Shown here: positions 29,298 to 40,275 of the stretch, piece by piece
Layout of the letters: every line of letters starts with the position of its first letter
Position numbering within the stretch: position 1 is the stretch's first letter
NCBI GenBank assembly: GCA_039804105.1
Contig: JBDRZU010000001.1
Coordinates: forward strand, 352,001-416,000
Length of the DNA stretch: 64,000 bases
Direction: 5' to 3'
Origin: a candidate division WOR-3 bacterium
Lineage (GTDB): Bacteria; Hydrothermota; 32-111
The notes under the pieces: generated by a model
What the model saw: only the letters and a program-made list of their open reading frames with translations
The model's database searches: none
What the model was told of the DNA's origin: nothing
Position numbers and translations under genes: made by a program

Positions 29298-29615
29298 TTA
29301 GGGTGTAACTATTTTTTCTATTTTGGCAAGCGTATACATATCTCTATACCCTTTTATCCTTTTATAGTTTGATCTTCTTCTGAACTTCATAACTTCTATT
29401 TTCTTGCCTTTTCCCTCATCTATAAGTTCTAAAACAACCTTTGCACCTTTAACATAAGGTTTTCCAATATTAAATCCTTTATCGTTTTGAACAAAAAGGA
29501 CTTTATCTGTTTCGATCTTTTTTCCTTTTTCAAAATTATCAATTTTTGTCAACTTGATGGTTTGATTTTCTTCAACCTTGTATTGAAATCCGTTGATCTC
29601 TACTATTGCAAACAT
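29298..29615 (-). CDS. rplU: 50S ribosomal protein L21
   Basis: MFAIVEINGFQYKV, IGKPYV, KFRRR..Y.R.KG; adjacent to rpmA. Confidence 0.95.
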   Translation of the reverse strand: MFAIVEINGFQYKVEENQTIKLTKIDNFEKGKKIETDKVLFVQNDKGFNIGKPYVKGAKVVLELIDEGKGKKIEVMKFRRRSNYKRIKGYRDMYTLAKIEKIVTP

Positions 29616-29980
29616 TATTTTCCTCCTTCATTTGTAGGTAAATTGTTTAAAGGTAAAGTTGGATTCTGCTGTTGTGTATTTTGATTTGGAACATTCTGTG
29701 GGACTTCGTTTTGAACAGGGATCTTATTCTCTATCTTTATCGATTGTGTTCTATTCGCCTTACTTGTCATAATCGCAAGTGAAAAACTTGTGATCATGAA
29801 AATAACAGCGAGTACTGCAGTTGTTTTTGTTAAAAAGTTTTCAGCCCCAAAACCAGACAAAAGATTTTCTGAAGAACCACCAAACATTTCAGACATTCCA
29901 CCTTTTGATTGTTGTAACAGTATCAGAACAACCAAAAGTACTGATACAAGAATATGGATTATTAAAACCAATGTAAACAA
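29615..29980 (-). CDS. secG: Preprotein translocase subunit SecG
   Basis: ILLQQSKGG..FGG...FLTKTTAVLA; follows tpiA; TTG start with SD AGGAGG; Q/N/P-rich tail. Confidence 0.92.
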   Translation of the reverse strand: MFTLVLIIHILVSVLLVVLILLQQSKGGMSEMFGGSSENLLSGFGAENFLTKTTAVLAVIFMITSFSLAIMTSKANRTQSIKIENKIPVQNEVPQNVPNQNTQQQNPTLPLNNLPTNEGGK

Positions 29981-29992
29981 TTTAACAACCTC

Positions 29993-30748
29993 CTAAATTA
30001 AACTTTTATTAACTGTTTCAATTATCCTTGCGAACTTTTCACCTTTCAAAGATGCACCACCAACAAGGACTCCATCAACATCATCCTCTCTGAAAAGATC
30101 TTTCACATTTTCATCAGTTACACTACCACCATAAAGTATTGAAATTTCACAGGAGATATTCTTTCCAAATAAAAAAGAAAGTTGCTCTCTTATGAAAGCA
30201 TGCATCTCCTGTGCATCAAATGGTGTAGCATTCTTACCTGTACCTATCGCCCACACAGGTTCATACGCTATTATAATGTTTTTGAAATTATTTTCAATAC
30301 CCCCAAGACAGATTTTTAACTGATTCTCTACAATAAATTTTTGTTTATTCAAACTTCTCTCTTCCTCTTTTTCTCCAACGCAAAGTATCGGTTTAATGCT
30401 TGTTGTGAGTATCTTTTTCAATTTTAAAGATATCATCTTGTCATCCTCTTTAAAAATATTCCTTCTTTCAGAATGCCCCAGAATAACATATTCACATCCA
30501 AACTCTTCAAGAAATTTGTAAGATATTTCACCAGTGTATGCACCTTTATCCTCATAAAATACATTTTGAGCACCTATTTTGATTCTACTTCCCTTTAAAC
30601 TATCCTTGAATTTCCAGATATGGGTGAACGGTGGGAAAACAATAATTTCAACATCATCCTTCTTTTCTTCTGAAATCTTTTTTACCTGTTCGATATCATC
30701 AATAAGGTTCATCTTCCAGTTACCTGCAACATAAACTTTTCTCATCAT
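29993..30748 (-). CDS. tpiA: Triosephosphate isomerase
   Basis: AGNWKMN, GHSERR, AYEPVWAIGTG, LYGGSV, LVGGASL. Confidence 0.97.
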   Translation of the reverse strand: MMRKVYVAGNWKMNLIDDIEQVKKISEEKKDDVEIIVFPPFTHIWKFKDSLKGSRIKIGAQNVFYEDKGAYTGEISYKFLEEFGCEYVILGHSERRNIFKEDDKMISLKLKKILTTSIKPILCVGEKEEERSLNKQKFIVENQLKICLGGIENNFKNIIIAYEPVWAIGTGKNATPFDAQEMHAFIREQLSFLFGKNISCEISILYGGSVTDENVKDLFREDDVDGVLVGGASLKGEKFARIIETVNKSLI

Positions 30749-31932
30749 TCCTCCTGAAGAACTTTTATTCCTGGCATCTCAACACCACCTAAAAATTCGA
30801 GCATCGCTCCCCCACCTGTTGAAATAAATGAAAATGAAGATGAAAGATTGAGTTTATCAATTGCAAGTAAACTGTCACCACCACCTGCCACTGTAAAAGC
30901 TCCCTTTTTTGTTTCCTCTGCTATCGCTCTACCTATCTCAAGTGTCCCCTTTTCAAATAAGCTGTTTTCAAAATATCCCATCGGCCCATTCCAGACAATG
31001 GTCTTTGAATCTTTTAAAGCAGCTTTAAAAATTTCTGTCGAAAGTGGGCCTATATCAAGACCTATATCGTCGTTTTCGAACGATTCTCTTTTTTCAACCC
31101 TTTTCTTTTCTCCGTCCAAATTCTTTGCAACAATAAAATCGAGTGGTAAAAGAATGTTTACCATCTTTTCGTTAGCGATTTTAAATATCTTTTTACATTC
31201 TTCGATCATATCATCTTCAACAAGAGATTTCCCAACAGAAAATCCCTGTGATTTTAAAAATGTGAACGATAAAGCCCCTCCGATAATTATAGTCGAAGCA
31301 TTGTTCATGATATTATCTATGATGGTTAGTTTTGTTGAAACTTTTGAACCACCAACCACAAAAACATACGGTTTTAGAGGATTTTCGTTCAATTTTGAAA
31401 GATTTTCGATCTCCTTTGAGAGTAAAAAACCTGCACATCTATCTTTGATCTTTAAGGGAAGATGGTATATGGATGCTTCCTTTCTGTGGGAAACAGCAAA
31501 TCCGTCGTTAACATAAATTTCTCCAAAAGAAAGAAGTTTGTTTACATAACTCTCTTCTCCATCCTTTTCACCTTTGAAGAATCTCACATTTTCAAACATG
31601 ATGATTGAGGGATATGGAAGAGAATCTATTTTTTCTTTTATTCCATCACTAAGGAAATCTTCAATGAACACAACTTCTTTTTTAAGCAATTTTTCAAGTT
31701 CTTCTTTAACAGGTAATAACGAAAATTGTCTGTCAAAACCTTTTGGTCGACCAAGGTGGGAAAGTATTATTATTTTTGCACCGTTTTCAATTAGATATTT
31801 TAAAGTTGGTAAGCTTTCAACAATCCTTTTGTTTTCAAGAACCTTCCCATTCTCGATCGGGACATTGTAATCTACCCTTATCAGAACTTTTTTATTTTTC
31901 ACATTTATCTGATCAACTTTTTTTAACCTCAT
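30745..31932 (-). CDS. pgk: Phosphoglycerate kinase
   Basis: RVDYNVP, SHLGRP, ENVRF, WNGPMG, GGGDS, STGGGA. Confidence 0.97.
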   Translation of the reverse strand: MRLKKVDQINVKNKKVLIRVDYNVPIENGKVLENKRIVESLPTLKYLIENGAKIIILSHLGRPKGFDRQFSLLPVKEELEKLLKKEVVFIEDFLSDGIKEKIDSLPYPSIIMFENVRFFKGEKDGEESYVNKLLSFGEIYVNDGFAVSHRKEASIYHLPLKIKDRCAGFLLSKEIENLSKLNENPLKPYVFVVGGSKVSTKLTIIDNIMNNASTIIIGGALSFTFLKSQGFSVGKSLVEDDMIEECKKIFKIANEKMVNILLPLDFIVAKNLDGEKKRVEKRESFENDDIGLDIGPLSTEIFKAALKDSKTIVWNGPMGYFENSLFEKGTLEIGRAIAEETKKGAFTVAGGGDSLLAIDKLNLSSSFSFISTGGGAMLEFLGGVEMPGIKVLQEE

Positions 31933-31934
31933 AA

Positions 31935-32951
<1,017 letters not shown>

Positions 32952-34442
32952 TTAAAACACATAAGCGATTTTTTCAAGTTTGTTCAACGAGTATATTTCG
33001 TAACCCGTTTTGAACGAATCTATTTTTTCTATTTTTATATTCACTTTATAATCCTTCATCAAACTCTCAAAATATTTAAAAAGATCTTTTTCGATAACAT
33101 CAGATAGTTCTTTGTTGCAGTTTATTATCAGAGTATCGTTTGTATAGTTTTTTATATTCTCTTTTATCCATCTTGTAAGTTTCAAACCAAGAAATATCGG
33201 TTTTGCAATATAGCCCCTTCCATCACAACATTGACATTTCTCAACAAAATTCATCGTAACAGATGGACCAATTTTTTTTCTTGTCATTTCAACAAGCCCA
33301 AACTGTGAAAGTTTTAAGGTTTTTGTTGTTGAACGATCATTTTTTAAACATTTTTTCAAATAATTAAAAACTTCTTTTCTTGATTGTTCATCTTCCATAT
33401 CGATGAAATCTATAACGATAAGACCACCTATATCTCTCAACCTTAATTGTCTGGCGATCTCTTCAGCTGCCATAAGGTTTATATCTTTGATAAGATTTAT
33501 ATCATCTCGACTCTTTGAAATTTTCCCGGAATTTACATCTATTGCCGTTAAAGCTTCCGTTGTTTCAATAACTATGGAAACACCGCCTTTCAAATAAACT
33601 TCAGGTTTTGTCATTTTTTCTATTTCTTTATCAATTTCAAAGTAAGAAAGCATAGGAATTTTGAATTTATAAAGATTGACTTTACTTTTTAACAAAGGGT
33701 TTATAAATGTTAAATAATTTGTGACCTCATTGAATATTTCTCTTGAATCAACATAAATAGCATCAAGGTTTCTCTTCATAAGGTTTCTAATTGTTTTTAT
33801 CACAAGAGATGATTCCCTGTAAAGCAATGTTGGAGATTTCTTCTTTTCAATATTTTTTATGATCTTGTCCCATATTTTTAAAAGTTCAAAAAATTCCTTC
33901 TTTAAAATCGTTGGTTTTGCATCAAGTGCAGCTGTTCTTACGATAACCCCCATATCCTGCGGTAAAAAAGAATATATGAAAGATTTTATCGATGATTTGA
34001 ATTCTTTATCTTTTATCTGCTTTGACACTCCGATAAAATGAACGAATGGGACAAGAATTAAATAATTCCCCGCAATTGAAATATAAGATGAAAGTTTTGC
34101 ACCTTTCGAGTTTATCTCATCTCTCACAACCTGTACAAGGATTTCATCTCCCTCTTTTATTTCCATAAAATTCTCAACATCCTCATCGATCTCACCAAAA
34201 TATTCAAATTTCACTTTTCCATCGGGAGTGTTCAAAGGAAGAAACGCTTTCTTTTTCTCTCCAATATCTACGAAAGCTGCCTGTATGCCTTCCGAAATAT
34301 GTTCAATCCTTGCTTTATAAATATTTCCTACAAGTGAACTTTTCGTTGTATCATCAACGCTGATTTCAACAAGTTTCGAGTCCTCTTTCAGTGCAATGAT
34401 TATACTATTTTCCAATTTAGAAATGTAAAGTTCATTCATCAT
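32952..34442 (-). CDS. rng: Rne/Rng family ribonuclease (RNase G-sized)
   Basis: GNIYKAR, AAFVDIG, RTAA, IDVNSG, RQLRLRDIGGLIVIDFIDM, EMTRK, CxxC. Confidence 0.9.
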   Translation of the reverse strand: MMNELYISKLENSIIIALKEDSKLVEISVDDTTKSSLVGNIYKARIEHISEGIQAAFVDIGEKKKAFLPLNTPDGKVKFEYFGEIDEDVENFMEIKEGDEILVQVVRDEINSKGAKLSSYISIAGNYLILVPFVHFIGVSKQIKDKEFKSSIKSFIYSFLPQDMGVIVRTAALDAKPTILKKEFFELLKIWDKIIKNIEKKKSPTLLYRESSLVIKTIRNLMKRNLDAIYVDSREIFNEVTNYLTFINPLLKSKVNLYKFKIPMLSYFEIDKEIEKMTKPEVYLKGGVSIVIETTEALTAIDVNSGKISKSRDDINLIKDINLMAAEEIARQLRLRDIGGLIVIDFIDMEDEQSRKEVFNYLKKCLKNDRSTTKTLKLSQFGLVEMTRKKIGPSVTMNFVEKCQCCDGRGYIAKPIFLGLKLTRWIKENIKNYTNDTLIINCNKELSDVIEKDLFKYFESLMKDYKVNIKIEKIDSFKTGYEIYSLNKLEKIAYVF

Positions 34443-36919
34443 CTAACCTCAAATATCTTTCCATTTTCAAAGATGAAAAATTTTTCTCTATAAACATTTA
34501 TATCTTTTAGTTCTTCAATACATAAAACTTTTTTATACAACTCTTCAAATTTTATGTTCCCTTCCTTTCCCAAATTTAAAACGACCTTTACGAATCCTTT
34601 ACCTACTTCAATTATATCAATATATTTTCTGATATCAACTTCCTCTTCTTTTTCGTTTATAACTCTTTTTACAATGAAATTTTCACTTTCAAGAAACTTT
34701 TTAATACAATCTATATTTTTCTGTTGAACATTTAATTCAAAAACCATCACACTTCTGTTGATCCTTGAGATCACCGAATCTTTTTCATTCAGAAGTTCTT
34801 TTGCATAAAAAAATCTTATCCCCTCAGGAAAAGATTTATTTAGAACATCAAGGATATTATCGAGGAACAAACCCTCAAGATAAACCTCAACCATCTCCAT
34901 CTGAGAATAAACAAAAACTGGTTTTGGATAACCAAGATTCATCTTTATTCTTGGGTTAAAACCTTGTGTATATATAAATGGGAGTTTTGATCTTCTAAAA
35001 CCCGTGTTTAGAATATTTATCATGTTAAGATGTGATACATACTGAAATACCGGATCAACAGAATATAGTAAAAGAAGTTTCGTTTTTTTCACCAAAGGGT
35101 TTACCAATTTTTTCTGTTTTCGTCTGATAAAATCGTTGACATTTGAAAACTGTTCGACTTTTTCTTCAATAAGTTCACCAGCGATTTCACCTTTACATGC
35201 ACCACATCCAGTACATTTATCTCTGCGACAATCTTCAGTAAAAATCTCTTTCTGTGATGCAAGGTACTCTTTCTCCAGATAACTTTTTGAAACCTTACAG
35301 TTGATGAAATCCCACGGTAACTCTTCCCCTATCGCTCTTTCTTTTAAATAATCCCCCATTTCAATACCAATATCCTGTGATGCTTCTTTCCACTTATCAA
35401 AATCAAAATATTCGCTCCATTCATCCAAACGGCAACCTTTTTGGTAAGCATCATATACAAGGGCATTCAATCTTTCATCACCTCTTGCAAAAACTCCTTC
35501 AATAAACGAGATCTCAGGATCCCTGTATGTGATATGAACATTTTTAAATTTGACTCCATTTAAAATCTTTGAAATCTTTTCTTTTGTTGTTTCGATATCA
35601 TCCTGCTTTACCCACTGGAATGGGGTGAATGGCCTTGCAACAAATGGAGATATTGAAACATTGATAACGAATTCTTTAAATCTTTTGCCAAGATCGTTCA
35701 GCAGGTTCACAGTTTCCTGAATATCATTTTCATCCTCATATGGCAACCCAACCATAAAATAAAGTTTTATATGTTTCCAACCAAGATTTTTCCCTCTTTC
35801 AATCGTTTCAAAGATTTCATCGTTTGATATGTTTTTGTTGATAACCCTTTTTAACCTTTCAGAACCTGTCTCAACCGCTATAGTCAAACCAGATTTTCTG
35901 ATGTCTGAAATCTCTTTCAAAAGATCATTCTTAATTTCCCCTATCCTTAAAGAAGGAAGTGAAATCGAAATTTTATTTTTCGAAAGGTTTTTGTTTAAAC
36001 TTTTTAAAAGTGGAAAAAGTTCTCTATAATCTGTAGCAGACAAAGATAAAAGTGTAATTTCATCATAACCAGAATTTTTTACAATCTCAGTGCAATCACT
36101 GATAACGAGTTCCTTTTTCTTTTCCCTTACAGGTCTATAGATATATCCTGCCTGACAGAATCTACACCCTCTTGTGCAACCTCTACTTATTTCAACAATA
36201 TCCCTTTCATAAACTGTTTTTCCAATAGGGACTATCGGATTTGTAAAATTTTTTCTTTCGTAAAACCCTTCATCGATCCTTTGAAAAACATCTTTATTTT
36301 TTCCGGAAAGTTGTGGTATATAGGTGTAATCGAGTTGATCAAAAAGTTGTAATGCTTGATACTTTGTTATTTCACCCCATTTAAATTTTCTCATTATTGA
36401 AATGATATCATCAACCATCTCTTCACTTTCACCTATAAAGAAAATATCTATAAAATCTTTTATCGGAAGAGGGTTAAAAGCAACAGTTCCTCCGGCTATT
36501 ATAATCGGATACCTTTCATCCCTATATCTTGAAAACAATGGGATTTTACCAAGGTCAAGTATCTGTAAAATGTTTGTAAATGTTAACTCATATTCAACTG
36601 TGAATCCGATAATATCAAACTCATTTATCGGAGTTTTCGTCTCAAGTGAAAGAAGAGGTATCTGTTGTTCTCTCAAAAGTTCTTCCATATCTTTTTCAAC
36701 AGCGTATACTCTTTCAGCATAAACATCATCATAGGAGTTGAAATAATAATAATTCAGAAGATGCCCGAGAGAGGACATACCAATAGAATACAGATCAGGA
36801 AAGGAAAGTAAAACCCTAATCTTTTTTTCAGGATTCTTTTTTATCAAATTAAATTCATTCCCTATATATTGAATCGGATTTTTTACTTTTCTAAGCACAC
36901 TATCAGGATATTTTTTCAT
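34439..36919 (-). CDS. B12-binding radical SAM protein fused to the radical-SAM-linked domain (TIGR03960/TIGR03936-like)
   Basis: FPDLYSIGMS, EISRGCTRGCRFCQAG, KLYFMVGLP, PFTPFQW, LPWD, CTGCGAC; C-terminal YVSHLN...YTQGFNPR. Confidence 0.88.
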   Translation of the reverse strand: MKKYPDSVLRKVKNPIQYIGNEFNLIKKNPEKKIRVLLSFPDLYSIGMSSLGHLLNYYYFNSYDDVYAERVYAVEKDMEELLREQQIPLLSLETKTPINEFDIIGFTVEYELTFTNILQILDLGKIPLFSRYRDERYPIIIAGGTVAFNPLPIKDFIDIFFIGESEEMVDDIISIMRKFKWGEITKYQALQLFDQLDYTYIPQLSGKNKDVFQRIDEGFYERKNFTNPIVPIGKTVYERDIVEISRGCTRGCRFCQAGYIYRPVREKKKELVISDCTEIVKNSGYDEITLLSLSATDYRELFPLLKSLNKNLSKNKISISLPSLRIGEIKNDLLKEISDIRKSGLTIAVETGSERLKRVINKNISNDEIFETIERGKNLGWKHIKLYFMVGLPYEDENDIQETVNLLNDLGKRFKEFVINVSISPFVARPFTPFQWVKQDDIETTKEKISKILNGVKFKNVHITYRDPEISFIEGVFARGDERLNALVYDAYQKGCRLDEWSEYFDFDKWKEASQDIGIEMGDYLKERAIGEELPWDFINCKVSKSYLEKEYLASQKEIFTEDCRRDKCTGCGACKGEIAGELIEEKVEQFSNVNDFIRRKQKKLVNPLVKKTKLLLLYSVDPVFQYVSHLNMINILNTGFRRSKLPFIYTQGFNPRIKMNLGYPKPVFVYSQMEMVEVYLEGLFLDNILDVLNKSFPEGIRFFYAKELLNEKDSVISRINRSVMVFELNVQQKNIDCIKKFLESENFIVKRVINEKEEEVDIRKYIDIIEVGKGFVKVVLNLGKEGNIKFEELYKKVLCIEELKDINVYREKFFIFENGKIFEVR

Positions 36920-37787
36920 CTGTGATTAAAGTGTAAATTTTTTTATAGATTTCTGAAGTTTTTTGAACTATCTCATCTGAAAGTTGTGGAGGTTGTGATT
37001 TTCTATCCCAATCAGTTGAAAGAAGGTAATTTCTGATGAGTTGTTTATCAAAAGGTTCCTGCTTTTTTCCAACCTCATATGTCTCTTTTAACCAGAATCT
37101 TGATGAGTCGGGAGTAAAAATTTCATCTATAAGAATCACATCACCATCAAGTAATCCAAATTCGAATTTTGTATCAGCAAGTATGATATTTTTTTCTGAT
37201 AAGAACTCAGCCCCAAACCTGTAAAGTTTAAGTGACAGATCTCTCAACATCTTCGCAAGTTCATCACCTAGTTTTTCTCTCATATATTCAAAAGAAACAT
37301 TCTCATCGTGCCCTGTTTCCGCTTTTGTTGTTGGAGTGAAAAGAGGTTCATCAAATTTTTCTGATTCAAGATACCCACCTCTTATAAAACCACCACCAAC
37401 AGTTTGCGTTTTTATATATTCACTCCATGCACTACCTGTTATATATCCTCTCACAATACATTCAAATGGAAACGGTTTTGCTTTTTTGACTATCATAAAC
37501 CGGTCTTTTAAAAATTCATATTTCTTTAGTTCCTTGGGAAGTGCATCAAAATCATCATAGAGAAAATGGTTTTTAACAATATTTTTTGTTAGTTCAAAAA
37601 AGAATTTCGACAGTTTATTCAATACTTTTCCTTTTCCATCAATTCCATTTTCGAGTACAAAATCGAATGCTGAAATTCTATCGGTTGTCACTATGAGAAG
37701 TTTATCATTCTCAAATTCATAGATATCCCTAACTTTTCCCCTTGATATCATCCTTAATTCTTTTATGTTTGTCTCTCTTATTACCAT
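36903..37787 (-). CDS. purC: SAICAR synthase
   Basis: RGKVRDIY, TDRISAFD, ECIVRGY, FTPTTKA, ADTKFEFG, DEIFTPDSSRFW. Confidence 0.96.
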   Translation of the reverse strand: MVIRETNIKELRMISRGKVRDIYEFENDKLLIVTTDRISAFDFVLENGIDGKGKVLNKLSKFFFELTKNIVKNHFLYDDFDALPKELKKYEFLKDRFMIVKKAKPFPFECIVRGYITGSAWSEYIKTQTVGGGFIRGGYLESEKFDEPLFTPTTKAETGHDENVSFEYMREKLGDELAKMLRDLSLKLYRFGAEFLSEKNIILADTKFEFGLLDGDVILIDEIFTPDSSRFWLKETYEVGKKQEPFDKQLIRNYLLSTDWDRKSQPPQLSDEIVQKTSEIYKKIYTLITDEKIS

Positions 37788-38247
37788 TCTTGTCTCCTTT
37801 GTTCAGAAGTGAATTTAACTCATCAATGAATTCATTCATATCTTTGAATTGTCTGTAAACGGAAGCAAATCTAACATAAGATATTTCATCTATCTCTTTC
37901 AAGTGCTCCATAACTATCTCTCCAATGATTTTTGATTCCACCTCCTCAGATTCTTTTGCAAAAAGTTTTCTTTCAACATCTTCAACAATTTTGTTGATAC
38001 TTTCATTTGAAACCGGTCTTTTCCTGCATGCCGTTCTGATACCCTCTATCAGTTTATCCCTTGCATACGGTTCTCTTCTACCATCTCTTTTGATAACGAG
38101 TAATGGAGTTTTTTCAACATACTCATAGGTTGTGAACCTTTTTTTACATTGGAGACATTCCCTTCTTCTTCTAACACTCTGTCCATCTTTACTCGCTCTT
38201 GAATCTATAACTCTGTTCTCTTCAAAACCACAGTATGGGCATTTCAT
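37729..38247 (-). CDS. nrdR: Transcriptional repressor NrdR
   Basis: MKCPYC...VIDSR...RRRREC..C..RFTTYE, ATP-cone, YVRFASVYRQF. Confidence 0.97.
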   Translation of the reverse strand: MKCPYCGFEENRVIDSRASKDGQSVRRRRECLQCKKRFTTYEYVEKTPLLVIKRDGRREPYARDKLIEGIRTACRKRPVSNESINKIVEDVERKLFAKESEEVESKIIGEIVMEHLKEIDEISYVRFASVYRQFKDMNEFIDELNSLLNKGDKNGNKRDKHKRIKDDIKGKS

Positions 38248-38729
38248 ATTTTTTTAATTTTCTTTGTTGCATTCAACACCAAAGTGTTTGTACAGCTAAC
38301 AATATTTCCATTGTCATCTTTGCCATAATAAGTTTCAACCATCTTAGAAGAAGTGTAGTTTCCGGTTGTAAAAAGTGCATTATCTTCTATTATAGAACTT
38401 CCACCATCTATCCTTAATGTTCCAAACCAACTCTTAACTTCATTTTCATAATAATAATATGTTTTAACAATATTACCGTTAACTATAAGTTGTCCATAAC
38501 AACAACATCCTTCTGGTCCATAATTACCAAGTGTTACACCAATATTGTTCTTTTCTTTTATGGTAACATCAGCATAGAAAGACCAACCATTTGTTGCACC
38601 GTATGTTCCATCTGTTACCGGATTTGGAGAATAACTCAACTCAAGTTCAGCACTCTGAGGTAGAGGAAGTAACATACACGATGTAAAAAATAAAACGATT
38701 AAAATTGGGAAATAAAAGAATCTTTTCAT
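38244..38729 (-). CDS. Hypothetical lipoprotein
   Basis: ATG 38729 with SD AAGGAG; MKRFFYFPILIVLFFTSC lipobox; beta-rich mature region containing CCC. Confidence 0.7.
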   Translation of the reverse strand: MKRFFYFPILIVLFFTSCMLLPLPQSAELELSYSPNPVTDGTYGATNGWSFYADVTIKEKNNIGVTLGNYGPEGCCCYGQLIVNGNIVKTYYYYENEVKSWFGTLRIDGGSSIIEDNALFTTGNYTSSKMVETYYGKDDNGNIVSCTNTLVLNATKKIKKI

Positions 38730-38742
38730 AAAACTCCTTTTC

Positions 38743-38768
38743 AAAAAAGGGGAAATCAATTCCCCTTT
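38743..38768 (-). terminator. Intrinsic terminator after the aldehyde dehydrogenase (possibly bidirectional)
   Basis: Minus strand AAAGGGGAA-TTGAT-TTCCCC-TTTTTT hairpin plus U-tract, overlapping the ALDH stop codon. Confidence 0.7.
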
Positions 38769-40263
38769 ATTTTTCTATACTAACATCGATTTGTGCTTTC
38801 TGCAATTTACCCGAATAATCTATATATACAGTTTTTTGTTCGGTGAATATCTCATAAACAGTCCATCCACCTTCTCTATGACCGTTTCCTGTATTCTTTG
38901 TACCTCCAAATGGGAGATGACATTCAGCACCTATTGTTGGGCCATTGACATAAGTTATTCCAGTATCAATATCCTCTATCGCTTTGAATGCAAGGTTTAC
39001 ATTTTTAGTATAGATTGAACTTGAGAGTCCATATTCGACACCATTGAGAACATCTATCGCTTCCTCAAAACTTTTTACTTTGATCACAGAAAGAACTGGG
39101 CCAAAAATCTCTTCCTGTTCAATCCTCATCCCAGGTTTAACATCAATAAAGATTGTTGGTTTAACAAACCATCCATTTTTACATACTCCTTCCTGATATC
39201 TATAACCACCTGTAACGAGTTTCGCACCTTCCTCCTTTCCAATTTTAACATATTCTAAAATTTTGTTCATCGATGACTCGTTGATCACTGGACCAACATC
39301 TATATTTTCATCCCATGGATAACCCAATTTCAACTCTTCAGTTCTTTTAACAAGTTTCTCAACAAAAAGATCATGAATCTTTTCATGCAATATCAATCTC
39401 GAGGTTGCAGTACATCTCTGTCCTGCTGTTCCAAAAGCACCAAACAAAACACCTTCAATAGCAAGATCAAGATCAGCATCATCCATAACTATCTGTGCAT
39501 TTTTCCCACCAAGTTCTAAAGAAACCCTTTTCAAAGTTCTTCCACAAACTGATGCGATATGTCTTCCGATTTCAGAAGAACCTGTAAAAGAAACAACTCC
39601 AATATCCTTATGTTCAAGAATCGCATTTCCAACAGCACCACCTGGTCCATGAACGAGGTTCACAACACCTTTGGGAAAACCAGCTTCCTCCATTATCTCA
39701 ACAAGTTTTGTCGCGAGTGCAGGTGTATCAGATGCTGGCTTTAACACAACAGTGTTTCCCGAAAGTAAAGCAGGAAACATCTTCCATGTTGGTATCGCTA
39801 TCGGGAAATTCCATGGAGTTATGAGTCCCGCAACTCCTATCGGTCTTAAAAAGGTTATAGCAACTTTGTTTGGAAGTTCAGATGGAGAAGTCCTGCCAAA
39901 AAATCTTCTTCCTTCTCCAAATGCATAGTATGCTGTATCTATCCCTTCCTGCACATCACCTCTTGCCTCTTTCATTATTTTTCCCATTTCCTCAGTCATC
40001 AGTTTCGCTATTTCCTCTTTCCTTTTAACCATTATATCACCAACTTTACCAAGTAGTTCACCTCTTTTTGCTGCTGGAACTTTTCTCCAACTTTTGAACG
40101 CCTCTTTAGCGGCCCTAACAGCAAGATCAACATCCTCTTTATTTGATTTAGGAAATATACCTACAACTTTACTCCAATCAGCCGGCATCCTGCTTTCAAA
40201 AGTTTCCTTTGTAACAGAATCAACCCATTCTCCATTAATAAAATTTTTAAATTTTTGAGTCAT
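38767..40263 (-). CDS. Aldehyde dehydrogenase family protein
   Basis: ITPWNFP, LKPAS, FTGS, LELGGKN (Glu), GQRCT (Cys), EEIFGPV. Confidence 0.95.
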   Translation of the reverse strand: MTQKFKNFINGEWVDSVTKETFESRMPADWSKVVGIFPKSNKEDVDLAVRAAKEAFKSWRKVPAAKRGELLGKVGDIMVKRKEEIAKLMTEEMGKIMKEARGDVQEGIDTAYYAFGEGRRFFGRTSPSELPNKVAITFLRPIGVAGLITPWNFPIAIPTWKMFPALLSGNTVVLKPASDTPALATKLVEIMEEAGFPKGVVNLVHGPGGAVGNAILEHKDIGVVSFTGSSEIGRHIASVCGRTLKRVSLELGGKNAQIVMDDADLDLAIEGVLFGAFGTAGQRCTATSRLILHEKIHDLFVEKLVKRTEELKLGYPWDENIDVGPVINESSMNKILEYVKIGKEEGAKLVTGGYRYQEGVCKNGWFVKPTIFIDVKPGMRIEQEEIFGPVLSVIKVKSFEEAIDVLNGVEYGLSSSIYTKNVNLAFKAIEDIDTGITYVNGPTIGAECHLPFGGTKNTGNGHREGGWTVYEIFTEQKTVYIDYSGKLQKAQIDVSIEK

Positions 40264-40275
40264 AAAACCTCCACT

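Noticed and set aside
29615..29720. Q/N/P-rich low-complexity stretch at the end of secG
   Set aside because: Variable disordered SecG tails are common, and there is no true tandem DNA repeat.
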